64,000 nt of DNA from Thermoproteota archaeon (GTDB lineage Archaea > Thermoproteota > Thermoprotei_A > Sulfolobales > Ignisphaeraceae), in NCBI GenBank assembly GCA_030550585.1, contig JAUQPB010000001.1, forward strand, positions 320,001 to 384,000, in the 5' to 3' direction. The translations under genes and the position numbers were made by a program. How positions within the stretch are numbered: the stretch's first letter is position 1; every line of letters starts with the position of its first letter. Below, one piece after another: positions 29,406-37,910 of this stretch. The notes under the pieces are model-generated. The model saw only the letters and a list, made by a program, of their open reading frames with translations, was not told where the DNA came from and made no database searches.

Positions 29406-30703
29406 TCAATTTTTACATATTCAAAAAGTTTCTTATTTGCCGACACAGGTAATGTAAGGTCTAGACCAAGCTTGTCGCATATACCGTCTGGGGAAGACGG
29501 ATCTAATGTAGAGCACCTGCTTTTCTCGACAATTACTATGCTTTCTTTTCCTCTAAACCTTGTTGCCAAAGCCCATACAAGCTTGTCGAGAGAATCCACA
29601 TCCACATCATTATCTACAGCTATTGCCATCTTGGCGCTTGGATGGCCCGAAAAAGCGGCTAGGATAGCGTTTTTAGCATCTCCATCGGTGTTCTTAGCTA
29701 TGGACAGCACTATTATAAGCCATGAGCCAGCCGACTCTAGCAACCTCACTCTATACACTCTGGGAACAACATTGCTTACAGTTTGCCATATCATAGCCTC
29801 TCTATGGAAACTCTGCAACAGTTTGTGCTCCTTACCAGCAGGTAGTATCACATGGAAATACTCTTCAAGATTAACATACATGCCATCAATTGTTATCAAC
29901 GGTTCTTTTCTTCTAGCGTCATACAGATTCAAAAGATCGACAAATGGCCCTTCCTCAACAAACTGTGTTATCGATGCCCTTCCTTCTAGAACTAGAGCGG
30001 CTGAAGCAGGTACTGGAATTCCATACTTGGGTGTGTATACTATTGAAAAATCGCTTAAAATATTGGGGACTAGATCCAGCTCAAAAACCCCGAAAGGTGG
30101 GGAAGATGCGGCCATCAATTCAACAGCTGGATGCGCGCCAACAACAATGGCTACAGGCATTTCTTTTCCGCTTCTCCTATATTGATCATATATGTATCTT
30201 AGATGGCGGGGAACAATTCTAGCGACTACACTATTCTTTGTTACCAGCATTGTTCTGTGGATAGAGGCGTTACAGATGTTGTCTAGGCAGGCTATGTATA
30301 TTGCTGATGATAGGTATCTACCGCCATCTCCGGGATAAAACTTTATAAATGGTATCGAGGTTAAATCAACCTCTTTCACTGTTGAGTAATAGTTGTGGAA
30401 GTCCTTCTCCAAGGGTTTCACAGGTTTTGATAAAACCTCAACAAGTTTCTTGTAAGCAGCCTCATCATTTTCAACATTTAGAACCTTTCTATATAGCCTT
30501 GCCCTGCTGTTCAGTACATTGCCAACACATATATATTTAGATGACCTCACCTTGAATAGCACCACTTTTTCAGAAGGGTCCAAACGAGCAAGAAGCTTTG
30601 TAGGCTCTAACTCAAAGTCTATCTCTTTAGATGTGTGATCCTCTAACTCACTCTCATCAAGTCCTTTTATGAACGATCTCAACGACATTATTTCATGCCT
30701 CAA
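29402..30703 (-). CDS. UbiD-family decarboxylase (probable anhydromevalonate phosphate decarboxylase)
   Basis: DGGRY, NASIHR, RHL, EGPF, WALATR, LDPS; overlaps PMDh-L. Confidence 0.88.
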   Translation of the reverse strand: MRHEIMSLRSFIKGLDESELEDHTSKEIDFELEPTKLLARLDPSEKVVLFKVRSSKYICVGNVLNSRARLYRKVLNVENDEAAYKKLVEVLSKPVKPLEKDFHNYYSTVKEVDLTSIPFIKFYPGDGGRYLSSAIYIACLDNICNASIHRTMLVTKNSVVARIVPRHLRYIYDQYRRSGKEMPVAIVVGAHPAVELMAASSPPFGVFELDLVPNILSDFSIVYTPKYGIPVPASAALVLEGRASITQFVEEGPFVDLLNLYDARRKEPLITIDGMYVNLEEYFHVILPAGKEHKLLQSFHREAMIWQTVSNVVPRVYRVRLLESAGSWLIIVLSIAKNTDGDAKNAILAAFSGHPSAKMAIAVDNDVDVDSLDKLVWALATRFRGKESIVIVEKSRCSTLDPSSPDGICDKLGLDLTLPVSANKKLFEYVKIE

Positions 30704-30840
30704 ATAAACTCTGAACGGGTTTATAGTTATAGGTATTAATGAAGAGGCTTAAGTGTATTGATATTCATAATACCATATTTTGGGCAATGATTTTCTGAAA
30801 CTGTTAACGGATTGAAAATATGCTGATACGAACTGGGTGA

Positions 30841-32166
30841 TCATATAACACATTTGACTATCTTTCCTTTGTCTGCAAACTCCTCGTTTAGCATAATCCT
30901 CCCTATAACAACTCCTCTAACATCCCCATCATACTCTGTTAGAATACAAAACTCTTTTTTGACGAGATCAACCGAATCTATTACCCCCATGCCCACCTCT
31001 TCCATCTTTTCATTTAGAAGCGCTACCAATGCTCCTCTCGCAAAAGATGGTTTAATTACGTAGATATTTTCATGACCCAATTGTAGGGAGTCTATTTTTG
31101 TATCGCTTTGCAATGCTAGGACAAGCACATCCTCGTACTTACTTGCCATGACGATGTCGATACCAAGCCTGCTTTTCAGCGCCTCAATCCCTTCCTGATA
31201 TGGGGGCCCATTAAATAGACAAGAGTCTAGAACGGCTATGTCATTAATATTAAAGCATCTCTTCTTTGCATTTCGAAGATACTGAGCATAGTTTACCTTC
31301 CTTAGTTGTCTTCTATCATCTCTACTCCTGCTCTTTACCACAGCTGGAGATGGAATGCAGTAGACCTTTGTCGCTGAGAACTTTGAAAATGTATCTGCAA
31401 AGGGTTTACAGAAAGAGTTGCCACCCATTATAGCTATTGATGCAGGTTTCACGCTCTTTATTAGCTGGATTTTAAACTGTATTGATGCCAAATCGCCAAA
31501 CCAGCCATCGGTGTTTACAATTATCAAATTTGCTCCCCTCTCCTCAGCAATGTTTATCAATTCAACTATAGATGCCATGATCCTTGCAATTGCTATGCCT
31601 GGAGACGGTGTTATAAACCCTATGAAGCGTTTTACATCGCCTGTTACTTCTCTTAGCCAAAGTACCTTTCTATCCATAATTTTCATTGCTATAAATCCTG
31701 GAGGAGCCAAGTCACATTGTCCGATATCAGCATCTATTATCGCGCTTTTCAATCCGTGCTCTATTCCCAGATTAGATAAGAGTGTGGCAAATGATGTTTT
31801 GCCGCTTTCGACAGGCCCTAAAACAACTACTCTCCCACCTCTATCAACAATTTCCTTGCCTATAGCCTCCCACACATCAATTGGTTCTTCGCCAGGTAGT
31901 GGCTCCTCTATACCACCACCTTCTCCAATAAATATGCTTAGATTAGCAACATCAATTGCTTTGATTCCATAGCTTCTATATCTGCTTATCCAAATTTCTT
32001 GACCTTTACACAAAACTATTCCAAGTAATCTAATGCATCCATCTTCCACGTGTATTCTTGCTGGGCCCAGAACCCTCAGAATCTTGTCCTTATCCAAGGT
32101 AATTGTAGCCCGCACATTGTGTGGCACCATTATTAGTGGAGATGCGGCCAAATGCTGTCGCCTCAA
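30841..32166 (-). CDS. Clp1/Nol9-family polynucleotide 5'-OH kinase
   Basis: GPVESGKTS, DADIGQ, NTDGW, lid RSRDDRRQLR. Confidence 0.9.
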   Translation of the reverse strand: MRRQHLAASPLIMVPHNVRATITLDKDKILRVLGPARIHVEDGCIRLLGIVLCKGQEIWISRYRSYGIKAIDVANLSIFIGEGGGIEEPLPGEEPIDVWEAIGKEIVDRGGRVVVLGPVESGKTSFATLLSNLGIEHGLKSAIIDADIGQCDLAPPGFIAMKIMDRKVLWLREVTGDVKRFIGFITPSPGIAIARIMASIVELINIAEERGANLIIVNTDGWFGDLASIQFKIQLIKSVKPASIAIMGGNSFCKPFADTFSKFSATKVYCIPSPAVVKSRSRDDRRQLRKVNYAQYLRNAKKRCFNINDIAVLDSCLFNGPPYQEGIEALKSRLGIDIVMASKYEDVLVLALQSDTKIDSLQLGHENIYVIKPSFARGALVALLNEKMEEVGMGVIDSVDLVKKEFCILTEYDGDVRGVVIGRIMLNEEFADKGKIVKCVI

Positions 32167-32201
32167 TGTTGTATTATGAATGTGATCTTTTTTCCAATGA
32201 A

Positions 32202-32867
32202 TTAATGTTTTTGGGGCGCCTTTAAAGCTATGTTTATAGCTGCAATAGAGTCTTCATCTAGATTATCATCTATAATTATCGGTTGTCTTGATGTTTTATG
32301 CTCGTGAACCAACTCGATTAGGACGTCTCTTGGCAACTCCTTAAGCAAGTTATCTATGAATTTATCGAGCTTTGATTGGATAAGCTTGCTTGGTATACCA
32401 ATTCTAATTATTTTCTTCCTGGCGGGAATATTTTCAAAAAACATTTTCAGCATCTTGATAACTGTTTCATCGCTTCTATAGCTCTTAGCAAAGATTAGCT
32501 CGGAATCGACAAATAAGGCCAAGCCTATGTTAAGACCATAATCTATACCAGCTATCAGAACTTCCATTACCCTTCTATCTATTCTGGATAGTGCCAATGC
32601 TAATACAACGCTTTTTTCTATTGTAGATTCGTCAATCCGTATGATAATGCCATCCAAGGTGCAGTTAATAGATTTTAGATAGTTTATGCCATAGTCGTCT
32701 ACAAGCATTATATAGTCGGCTAGGCTATTCTCAAAACAACTTTTATCATAAACGCCAGAATATGTGATGTCGAATACCCTTAGCAAATCTACTACTTTGT
32801 ACAAGATTCTTGGGTTATATATTGAAAGTACAACACCTCTCTTCTGATTTCCAACCGCTATTACCAC
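32202..32867 (-). CDS. YqgF/RuvX-like RNase H-fold nuclease with N-terminal extension
   Basis: IAGIDYG..IGLA, IRIGIP, VHEHKTS, DSIAAINIA. Confidence 0.65.
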   Translation of the reverse strand: MVIAVGNQKRGVVLSIYNPRILYKVVDLLRVFDITYSGVYDKSCFENSLADYIMLVDDYGINYLKSINCTLDGIIIRIDESTIEKSVVLALALSRIDRRVMEVLIAGIDYGLNIGLALFVDSELIFAKSYRSDETVIKMLKMFFENIPARKKIIRIGIPSKLIQSKLDKFIDNLLKELPRDVLIELVHEHKTSRQPIIIDDNLDEDSIAAINIALKAPQKH

Positions 32868-32885
32868 CCCCCAGCTAACAAGGTA

Positions 32886-32938
32886 TCAGCAATTTTATTA
32901 ACATCACCGCCATCAGTTCCCGGATTCCTCTTCATCAA
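32886..32938 (-). ncRNA. C/D box sRNA
   Basis: Minus strand: TTGATGA-agaggaatccgggaa-CTGA-tggcg-GTGATGT-taataaaattg-CTGA. Confidence 0.75.
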
Positions 32939-33001
32939 TAGTAGTTTTAAGCTTTTGGGAAAATATGCTTTATGCCGAAAAATCGCTTAAGGTATACAAC
33001 A

Positions 33002-33586
33002 ATGCTAGGTATACTAAGAAACCGCGTTTCAAAGACTGTAGACTCCATAGCTAGCCACATCAACATCAACCCAAATGTTATAACATTTTCAGGTTTGGCA
33101 ACATCCTTTATTTCACTAGCATTTGCAGCAACAGGCTCATACATATTTGTGATACCCATCCTTGTAGTGATATCTGGATTAACAGACGTGCTTGACGGTG
33201 CCGTAGCCAGAGTTAAAGGAAAGGCCTCTGCATGGGGGTCTATATTTGATTCTTTTTGCGATAGAGTTACCGAAGCAAACTACTTCATATCGTTAATGTT
33301 GCTAAAGGTAAACTATCTTCTTACTTCTTTGGCTATTACAGTATCTCTTCTTATTAGTTATCTGAGAGCTTTGGGAGAGTGGAGGGGGGTCAAATTAGAG
33401 GGTGTAGGAATTCTTGAGCATGGAGAACGAATGATACTAATATTTCTCTCCTTTCTGGTCATAGCCATTGACCCTAAAAAAGGTGTGCAATGGGCAAACA
33501 TTTTAATAGGTGCGCTTGTATTACTCGGCATTGTATCTTCTCTGCAGAGGTTATTCAAAATATATCAAAAACTACATACACGATAA
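33002..33586 (+). CDS. CDP-alcohol phosphatidyltransferase (archaetidylinositol-phosphate synthase-like)
   Basis: PNVIT, D..DG..AR...WG...D...DR signature. Confidence 0.9.
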   Translation: MLGILRNRVSKTVDSIASHININPNVITFSGLATSFISLAFAATGSYIFVIPILVVISGLTDVLDGAVARVKGKASAWGSIFDSFCDRVTEANYFISLMLLKVNYLLTSLAITVSLLISYLRALGEWRGVKLEGVGILEHGERMILIFLSFLVIAIDPKKGVQWANILIGALVLLGIVSSLQRLFKIYQKLHTR

Positions 33587-33589
33587 TTT

Positions 33590-33874
33590 CTACAGTTTTG
33601 TAACCTTCTTTCTCTCATCCTCTGCCCTAACCTTTATAATTCCATAGAATATTGCACAGTTAATGCAATAACACTTTGTCACTGGATATCTCATTATTAT
33701 TGCACCTTTCTTCTCTAGCTCGCTAGCAAGCTGCGGATCCACAGGAGAATACATTCTTGTAACGCATACAGCCTTATCTTCTGGTATTAAGGCACCACAG
33801 TTATCACAGTGTATTCTAGCTACAGATCCTTTATCTCCCTTTCTTCTTCCTCTATTCTCTCTTTTCTTGGGCAC
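33590..33874 (-). CDS. rps26e: 30S ribosomal protein S26e
   Basis: MPKKRENRGRRKGDKG, CDNCG..IP.DKA, YCINCA. Confidence 0.97.
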   Translation of the reverse strand: MPKKRENRGRRKGDKGSVARIHCDNCGALIPEDKAVCVTRMYSPVDPQLASELEKKGAIIMRYPVTKCYCINCAIFYGIIKVRAEDERKKVTKL

Positions 33875-33942
33875 CGCACACCACCGTTCAAATACAAGTG
33901 TTTATATCAAAGCTTAAAAATAGTAATTAAATTATTGTACTT

Positions 33943-35424
33943 TTAGTACTTCTTGGCTATGCTTATAAATGCTCTTGTTTGCCTATCACAGAACGCACAG
34001 CTTCTGTATTCATTGGCCTTCTCATTAATTTTAAGCATATTTAATGAGTCCTTATATACCTCCCCCAACGCACTTATACCTTCTAAACCTTCTAACTTGC
34101 TATAGACACATTTCTCGTTTCCACACCATGGTAGTATTGCCACACCACCCCCTTCTTTCACGAAGTTTACTGCCTCATCAAAATTGTTAAATAGTTTCAC
34201 ATTAGATAGAAGCTCTTTCCATGCCCTGTTGCTCAAATTCTCAAATATCTCATTTAACAGCACTCGAATCTTCTCAGTCAATTGATTGATTGCAACAACA
34301 TCTCTTTTCATGGTGTCGCGCCTAAAAATAGTTACGACGTTATTTGAAAGTTCTCTTAGACCTATTTCAATTCTTATAGGCACGCCCTTCAACTCCCACT
34401 CAAAGAATTTGTCTACAGGTCTTAGATTATCTCTATAATCTTCATATACTCTGATCCCGCTTTCTCTAAGCATCTCTGCTATTTTTCTGCAATACTCTAT
34501 TATCTTCTCCTTCGATTCTTGCTGATATATTGGCACTATTACCACTTGGTATGGTGCTATATTGGGGGGTAGGATAAGCCCTTTATCATCGCTGTGAAAC
34601 GCTATCACAGATGCTATAACCCTTTCGGAAATCCCGTAGCTGGTTTGCCATGCGTAATCAATTGTCTCATCCCTTTTCTGTATCTTTACATCGAAGACCC
34701 TTGTAAATGTTTGACCTAGATTGTGTACAGTTCCAATTTGCACAGCTTTTTTATCAGGGAATATGGTATCAAAAGCGATTGTGTATAGAGCTCCTGCAAA
34801 CTTGTCCCATTGGGGTCTTCTCGAAATTATATAGGGTATTCCCAATAAATCGAAAAACTTCTTATATATCTCAATGGCTTCAGCAATCTGCCTTTCGCTA
34901 TCCTCAAAATCTTCGTGAACTGTGTGGGCCTCTTTAAATGTTGTGATCTCCCTTACTCTAACCATAGGCTTCGTCATCTTGGTTTCGCATCTGAAAACGC
35001 TTACAATTTGATAATATTTTTTGGGGAGCTGCCTATAGCTCTTGATCCATAGACTCTCCATATAGCTTATTGCCGTTTCGCTTGTTGGTCTCAGAGCTAA
35101 TTTGACGTCAATGTCTTCTAGACCTGATTTGGTAATCCAAAACACTTCTCCCTCGAAGCCTCTGACATGCTCGCTTTCCTTTCTAAACAAAGTCTCTGGT
35201 ATTAGCAAAGGCAATAGTATTTCTTCGTGACCCTTTTCATCGAGTAGACTACGAATTATTTCTATAACCCTCTTTCTAATCTGGAATCCGTAGGGTAGCC
35301 AAATACCCACACCCTTTACCGGATATCTCCCATAGTCATAGATTTCCGCCTCAGATATTATCCAGTCAAACCACTCGCTGAAACCCTCTCCATATTTCTT
35401 TGGATACTGCTTAGAGGCTACCAC
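33943..35424 (-). CDS. proS: prolyl-tRNA synthetase (archaeal/eukaryal type)
   Basis: [32 protein letters not shown]-terminal Y. Confidence 0.96.
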   Translation of the reverse strand: MVASKQYPKKYGEGFSEWFDWIISEAEIYDYGRYPVKGVGIWLPYGFQIRKRVIEIIRSLLDEKGHEEILLPLLIPETLFRKESEHVRGFEGEVFWITKSGLEDIDVKLALRPTSETAISYMESLWIKSYRQLPKKYYQIVSVFRCETKMTKPMVRVREITTFKEAHTVHEDFEDSERQIAEAIEIYKKFFDLLGIPYIISRRPQWDKFAGALYTIAFDTIFPDKKAVQIGTVHNLGQTFTRVFDVKIQKRDETIDYAWQTSYGISERVIASVIAFHSDDKGLILPPNIAPYQVVIVPIYQQESKEKIIEYCRKIAEMLRESGIRVYEDYRDNLRPVDKFFEWELKGVPIRIEIGLRELSNNVVTIFRRDTMKRDVVAINQLTEKIRVLLNEIFENLSNRAWKELLSNVKLFNNFDEAVNFVKEGGGVAILPWCGNEKCVYSKLEGLEGISALGEVYKDSLNMLKINEKANEYRSCAFCDRQTRAFISIAKKY

Positions 35425-35466
35425 GAAGCGGGCACCTACCTATGCTATGATGTATGTACACTAAAA

Positions 35467-36270
35467 CTAGGTGCTTTTAACTATTTTTCTTGCAAACACT
35501 ATGAAACCTGTGTGGCCAACCATGTAGGTAGAGGGCCTTATAGCTGTTCTCGATAACTCGAATTCTCTTAGCATTATCTCAAAAGCTCTAATATCTATGA
35601 AGCCGCCGAAGTCCTCTAAAGCATTGTACAGTTTTATAAGCTGCTGTATCGACGGTATAAAGAATGCTATTGGAGCAGATGGCTTTAGAGAGGTGTGTAG
35701 AGCTTCTAGAGCTTCCCAAGGATCTGGCATGTCAATAACTGCTGCATCGAAACCGGTTTCGTCTATACCTTTTCTCACATCAGCAAGTCTCAAGGTAACG
35801 TATTTATCTAATCCCAGCTTTTCGAGATTCTCCTTAGCCACCTTCAGAAACTCTTCTCTAATGTCATAGCCATATACATGACCATCGGGTTTGACAATAT
35901 GTGCTAACAAGGCAGTTGTATTGCCAGATCCAACCCCCGCTTCCAACACCTTGGCGCCAGACCCTAGACCGAGCATTAGTATTATGAAGCCCAAGTCCTT
36001 TGGGTAAATCACTTGTGTAACTCTTTTCAAACTCTTGTCGATATAGTCCAGGATAAGTGGTTTCAAGGCCCATGCTCTAATGTTTAACGAGGTTTTTATT
36101 TGCGATCCCTTCTCTTTTCCAATAATGTCATCGGCTGCTATAACGCCTTTGTCTGACGATATTTTCTCTCCTTGTTTGAGTCTTGTGAGAATTTTTCTCC
36201 TCTTGTCTATATATATCAGCGCATAATCGCCATAGTTAAATACCTCATTTTGGCTCAGAACTGGTGTCAT
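35467..36270 (-). CDS. trmI: tRNA (adenine57/58-N1)-methyltransferase
   Basis: TQVIYPKD, VLEAGVGSG, DMPDPW, MVGHTGF. Confidence 0.95.
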   Translation of the reverse strand: MTPVLSQNEVFNYGDYALIYIDKRRKILTRLKQGEKISSDKGVIAADDIIGKEKGSQIKTSLNIRAWALKPLILDYIDKSLKRVTQVIYPKDLGFIILMLGLGSGAKVLEAGVGSGNTTALLAHIVKPDGHVYGYDIREEFLKVAKENLEKLGLDKYVTLRLADVRKGIDETGFDAAVIDMPDPWEALEALHTSLKPSAPIAFFIPSIQQLIKLYNALEDFGGFIDIRAFEIMLREFELSRTAIRPSTYMVGHTGFIVFARKIVKST

Positions 36271-36303
36271 ATATCACCACTCAGTAATACCAACCATCAT
36301 CAT
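36255..36303 (-). ncRNA. C/D box sRNA / K-turn element overlapping trmI RBS and start codon
   Basis: ATGATGA-tggttggtatta-CTGA-gtg-GTGATAT-ATGacaccagtt-CTGA. Confidence 0.7.
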
Positions 36304-36377
36304 CACCACTATAGAATATAAAACTTGTTTAGGTGGTAAATAAGATTAGAATAAAATTGTGTGATAAGGGGATAAAA

Positions 36378-36605
36378 CTATATCTCTTCTATTACTTCGA
36401 CAACCTTAGACCTGACACCCTTCTTTCTAGGTGTCTCTAGGCTATAGCCGCTTCCCCACAGCTCCTTCTTTAACAGCTCTCTGATGGCCGTTCTTATAAC
36501 TTCGCTTCTAGATGTGTATCTTCCCATTTTCACAAGCTCGTCGATTGCCTCGAGGTATGACTCTGGCATTTTTACTGTTACAATACGCATCTGCTCTAGC
36601 ACCAC
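36378..36605 (-). CDS. ribbon-helix-helix (CopG/CdrS-like) transcriptional regulator
   Basis: [32 protein letters not shown]. Confidence 0.88.
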   Translation of the reverse strand: MVLEQMRIVTVKMPESYLEAIDELVKMGRYTSRSEVIRTAIRELLKKELWGSGYSLETPRKKGVRSKVVEVIEEI

Positions 36606-36693
36606 CTACCTATCTAAATGATGATGATAATTTATAAGTAAGAGAGCGGTTTAGATAATGAGGGAATATTTTATATAAACTGGGGCTACATCG

Positions 36694-37011
36694 ATGGGCA
36701 CTAAAGGGGGTAAACCACTATCAACATTAGAAAAGAGGCAAAAGAGGCTTGCCAAGAAGGAAGAGGCAAAGAAGCCTGCAAAAGAAGAGAGAAAGATCGT
36801 AATACCTAGTGCAGAGACTATAGATCAAAACCTTATCTCGAAAGTGCTAGACGAAATCAACAGCAGTGGTTATGCCACGACCTTCACACTTTCACAAAAG
36901 CTTGGTGTAAAGTATAGTCTGGCAAAGAAGATACTGCGTGAGCTAGCTAAAAGAGGTAATATAAATATTGTTGTGAAGAACAGGCGAATTATCTTAGCTA
37001 CCAAAAAGTAG
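36694..37011 (+). CDS. rps25e: 30S ribosomal protein S25e
   Basis: Lys-rich N-terminus, LSQK.GVKYSLAKKILREL..RG winged helix. Confidence 0.85.
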   Translation: MGTKGGKPLSTLEKRQKRLAKKEEAKKPAKEERKIVIPSAETIDQNLISKVLDEINSSGYATTFTLSQKLGVKYSLAKKILRELAKRGNINIVVKNRRIILATKK

Positions 37012-37088
37012 GTTTGCGCCATGGCAAGAGCCATAGCTGGGGATGGAGTAAGTATATCAGCTATTTAAACAACCTCACATGCTTTGAC

Positions 37089-37910
37089 TTAAACATTTTT
37101 ACCATGTAACACCTTTTTTAGTTCTTTTATAATCTTGAGTCTTGTATTAGTATCAGCTCTATTCACATGCTTTGCAGTAACGCTCATGGCAACAACCTTC
37201 TCTTCTACATCAATTTTTTCAATTTCCTCACCATTTTCATCAATAACAACGGTTGGCACTGTGGCTAATACATCCTGTTTATACTCGAATATCCCACCGA
37301 CCACCAGACCCATGCTACCAGATTCCACAGCTCTTACAAAAGCTACCTGCTGTTGTTTTTGAATATCCTGGTTTATGCTTGGATAAACCACTATAATGTC
37401 CATATTCAATAGAGAGAATGTGAATGATATTTCCGGGTAGAAAATGTCGTCAGCTATTAGAAATCCTATCTTAGCTTTATCCAATGCCATGTATGGAAGT
37501 TGAGGGTATCCACTGATCTTATTGCTATTATCTGCTGTGACTTGCCTAATAACCTTTTTTATATCCCCATCTTTACCTATGAATACTGCTGATCTGTACA
37601 ACCTAGAGCCTCTACGCTCTATTAGTGGCCCAACAACTATGTTTACACCATAGCTCCTAGCCAGCCTAGCTATTTCATCTGTTGTTGGCCCAGGTATTGA
37701 TTCACCTGATATTTTGAGCGTCTTTTTGAATTCTATCTCATATATTGGGACCCCATTAACCATTTGAGGCAGTATCACAATGTCAACATATTTTCGATGT
37801 TCAAACAGTCTCTCTATTAAGTCTTTAATCTTGGCTATGTTCCTCTTCCTACTTCCCAGTTCTATGTTTGTATGGATTGCTGCTACATCTATTCTACTTT
37901 CTAACTGCAT
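37089..37910 (-). CDS. carbon-nitrogen hydrolase (nitrilase) fold protein, catalytic triad apparently lost
   Basis: DIVILPQ, ESIPGPTT, IGFLIADDIFYPE, RAVE. Confidence 0.8.
   Translation of the reverse strand: MQLESRIDVAAIHTNIELGSRKRNIAKIKDLIERLFEHRKYVDIVILPQMVNGVPIYEIEFKKTLKISGESIPGPTTDEIARLARSYGVNIVVGPLIERRGSRLYRSAVFIGKDGDIKKVIRQVTADNSNKISGYPQLPYMALDKAKIGFLIADDIFYPEISFTFSLLNMDIIVVYPSINQDIQKQQQVAFVRAVESGSMGLVVGGIFEYKQDVLATVPTVVIDENGEEIEKIDVEEKVVAMSVTAKHVNRADTNTRLKIIKELKKVLHGKNV

Noticed and set aside
30787-30840. Possible C/D sRNA (ATGATTT...TTGA...ATGCTGA...GTGA)
   Set aside because: All four boxes are degenerate; not supportable without expression data
36618-36630. ATGATGATGA C-box-like run
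   Set aside because: No D'/D boxes at suitable spacing
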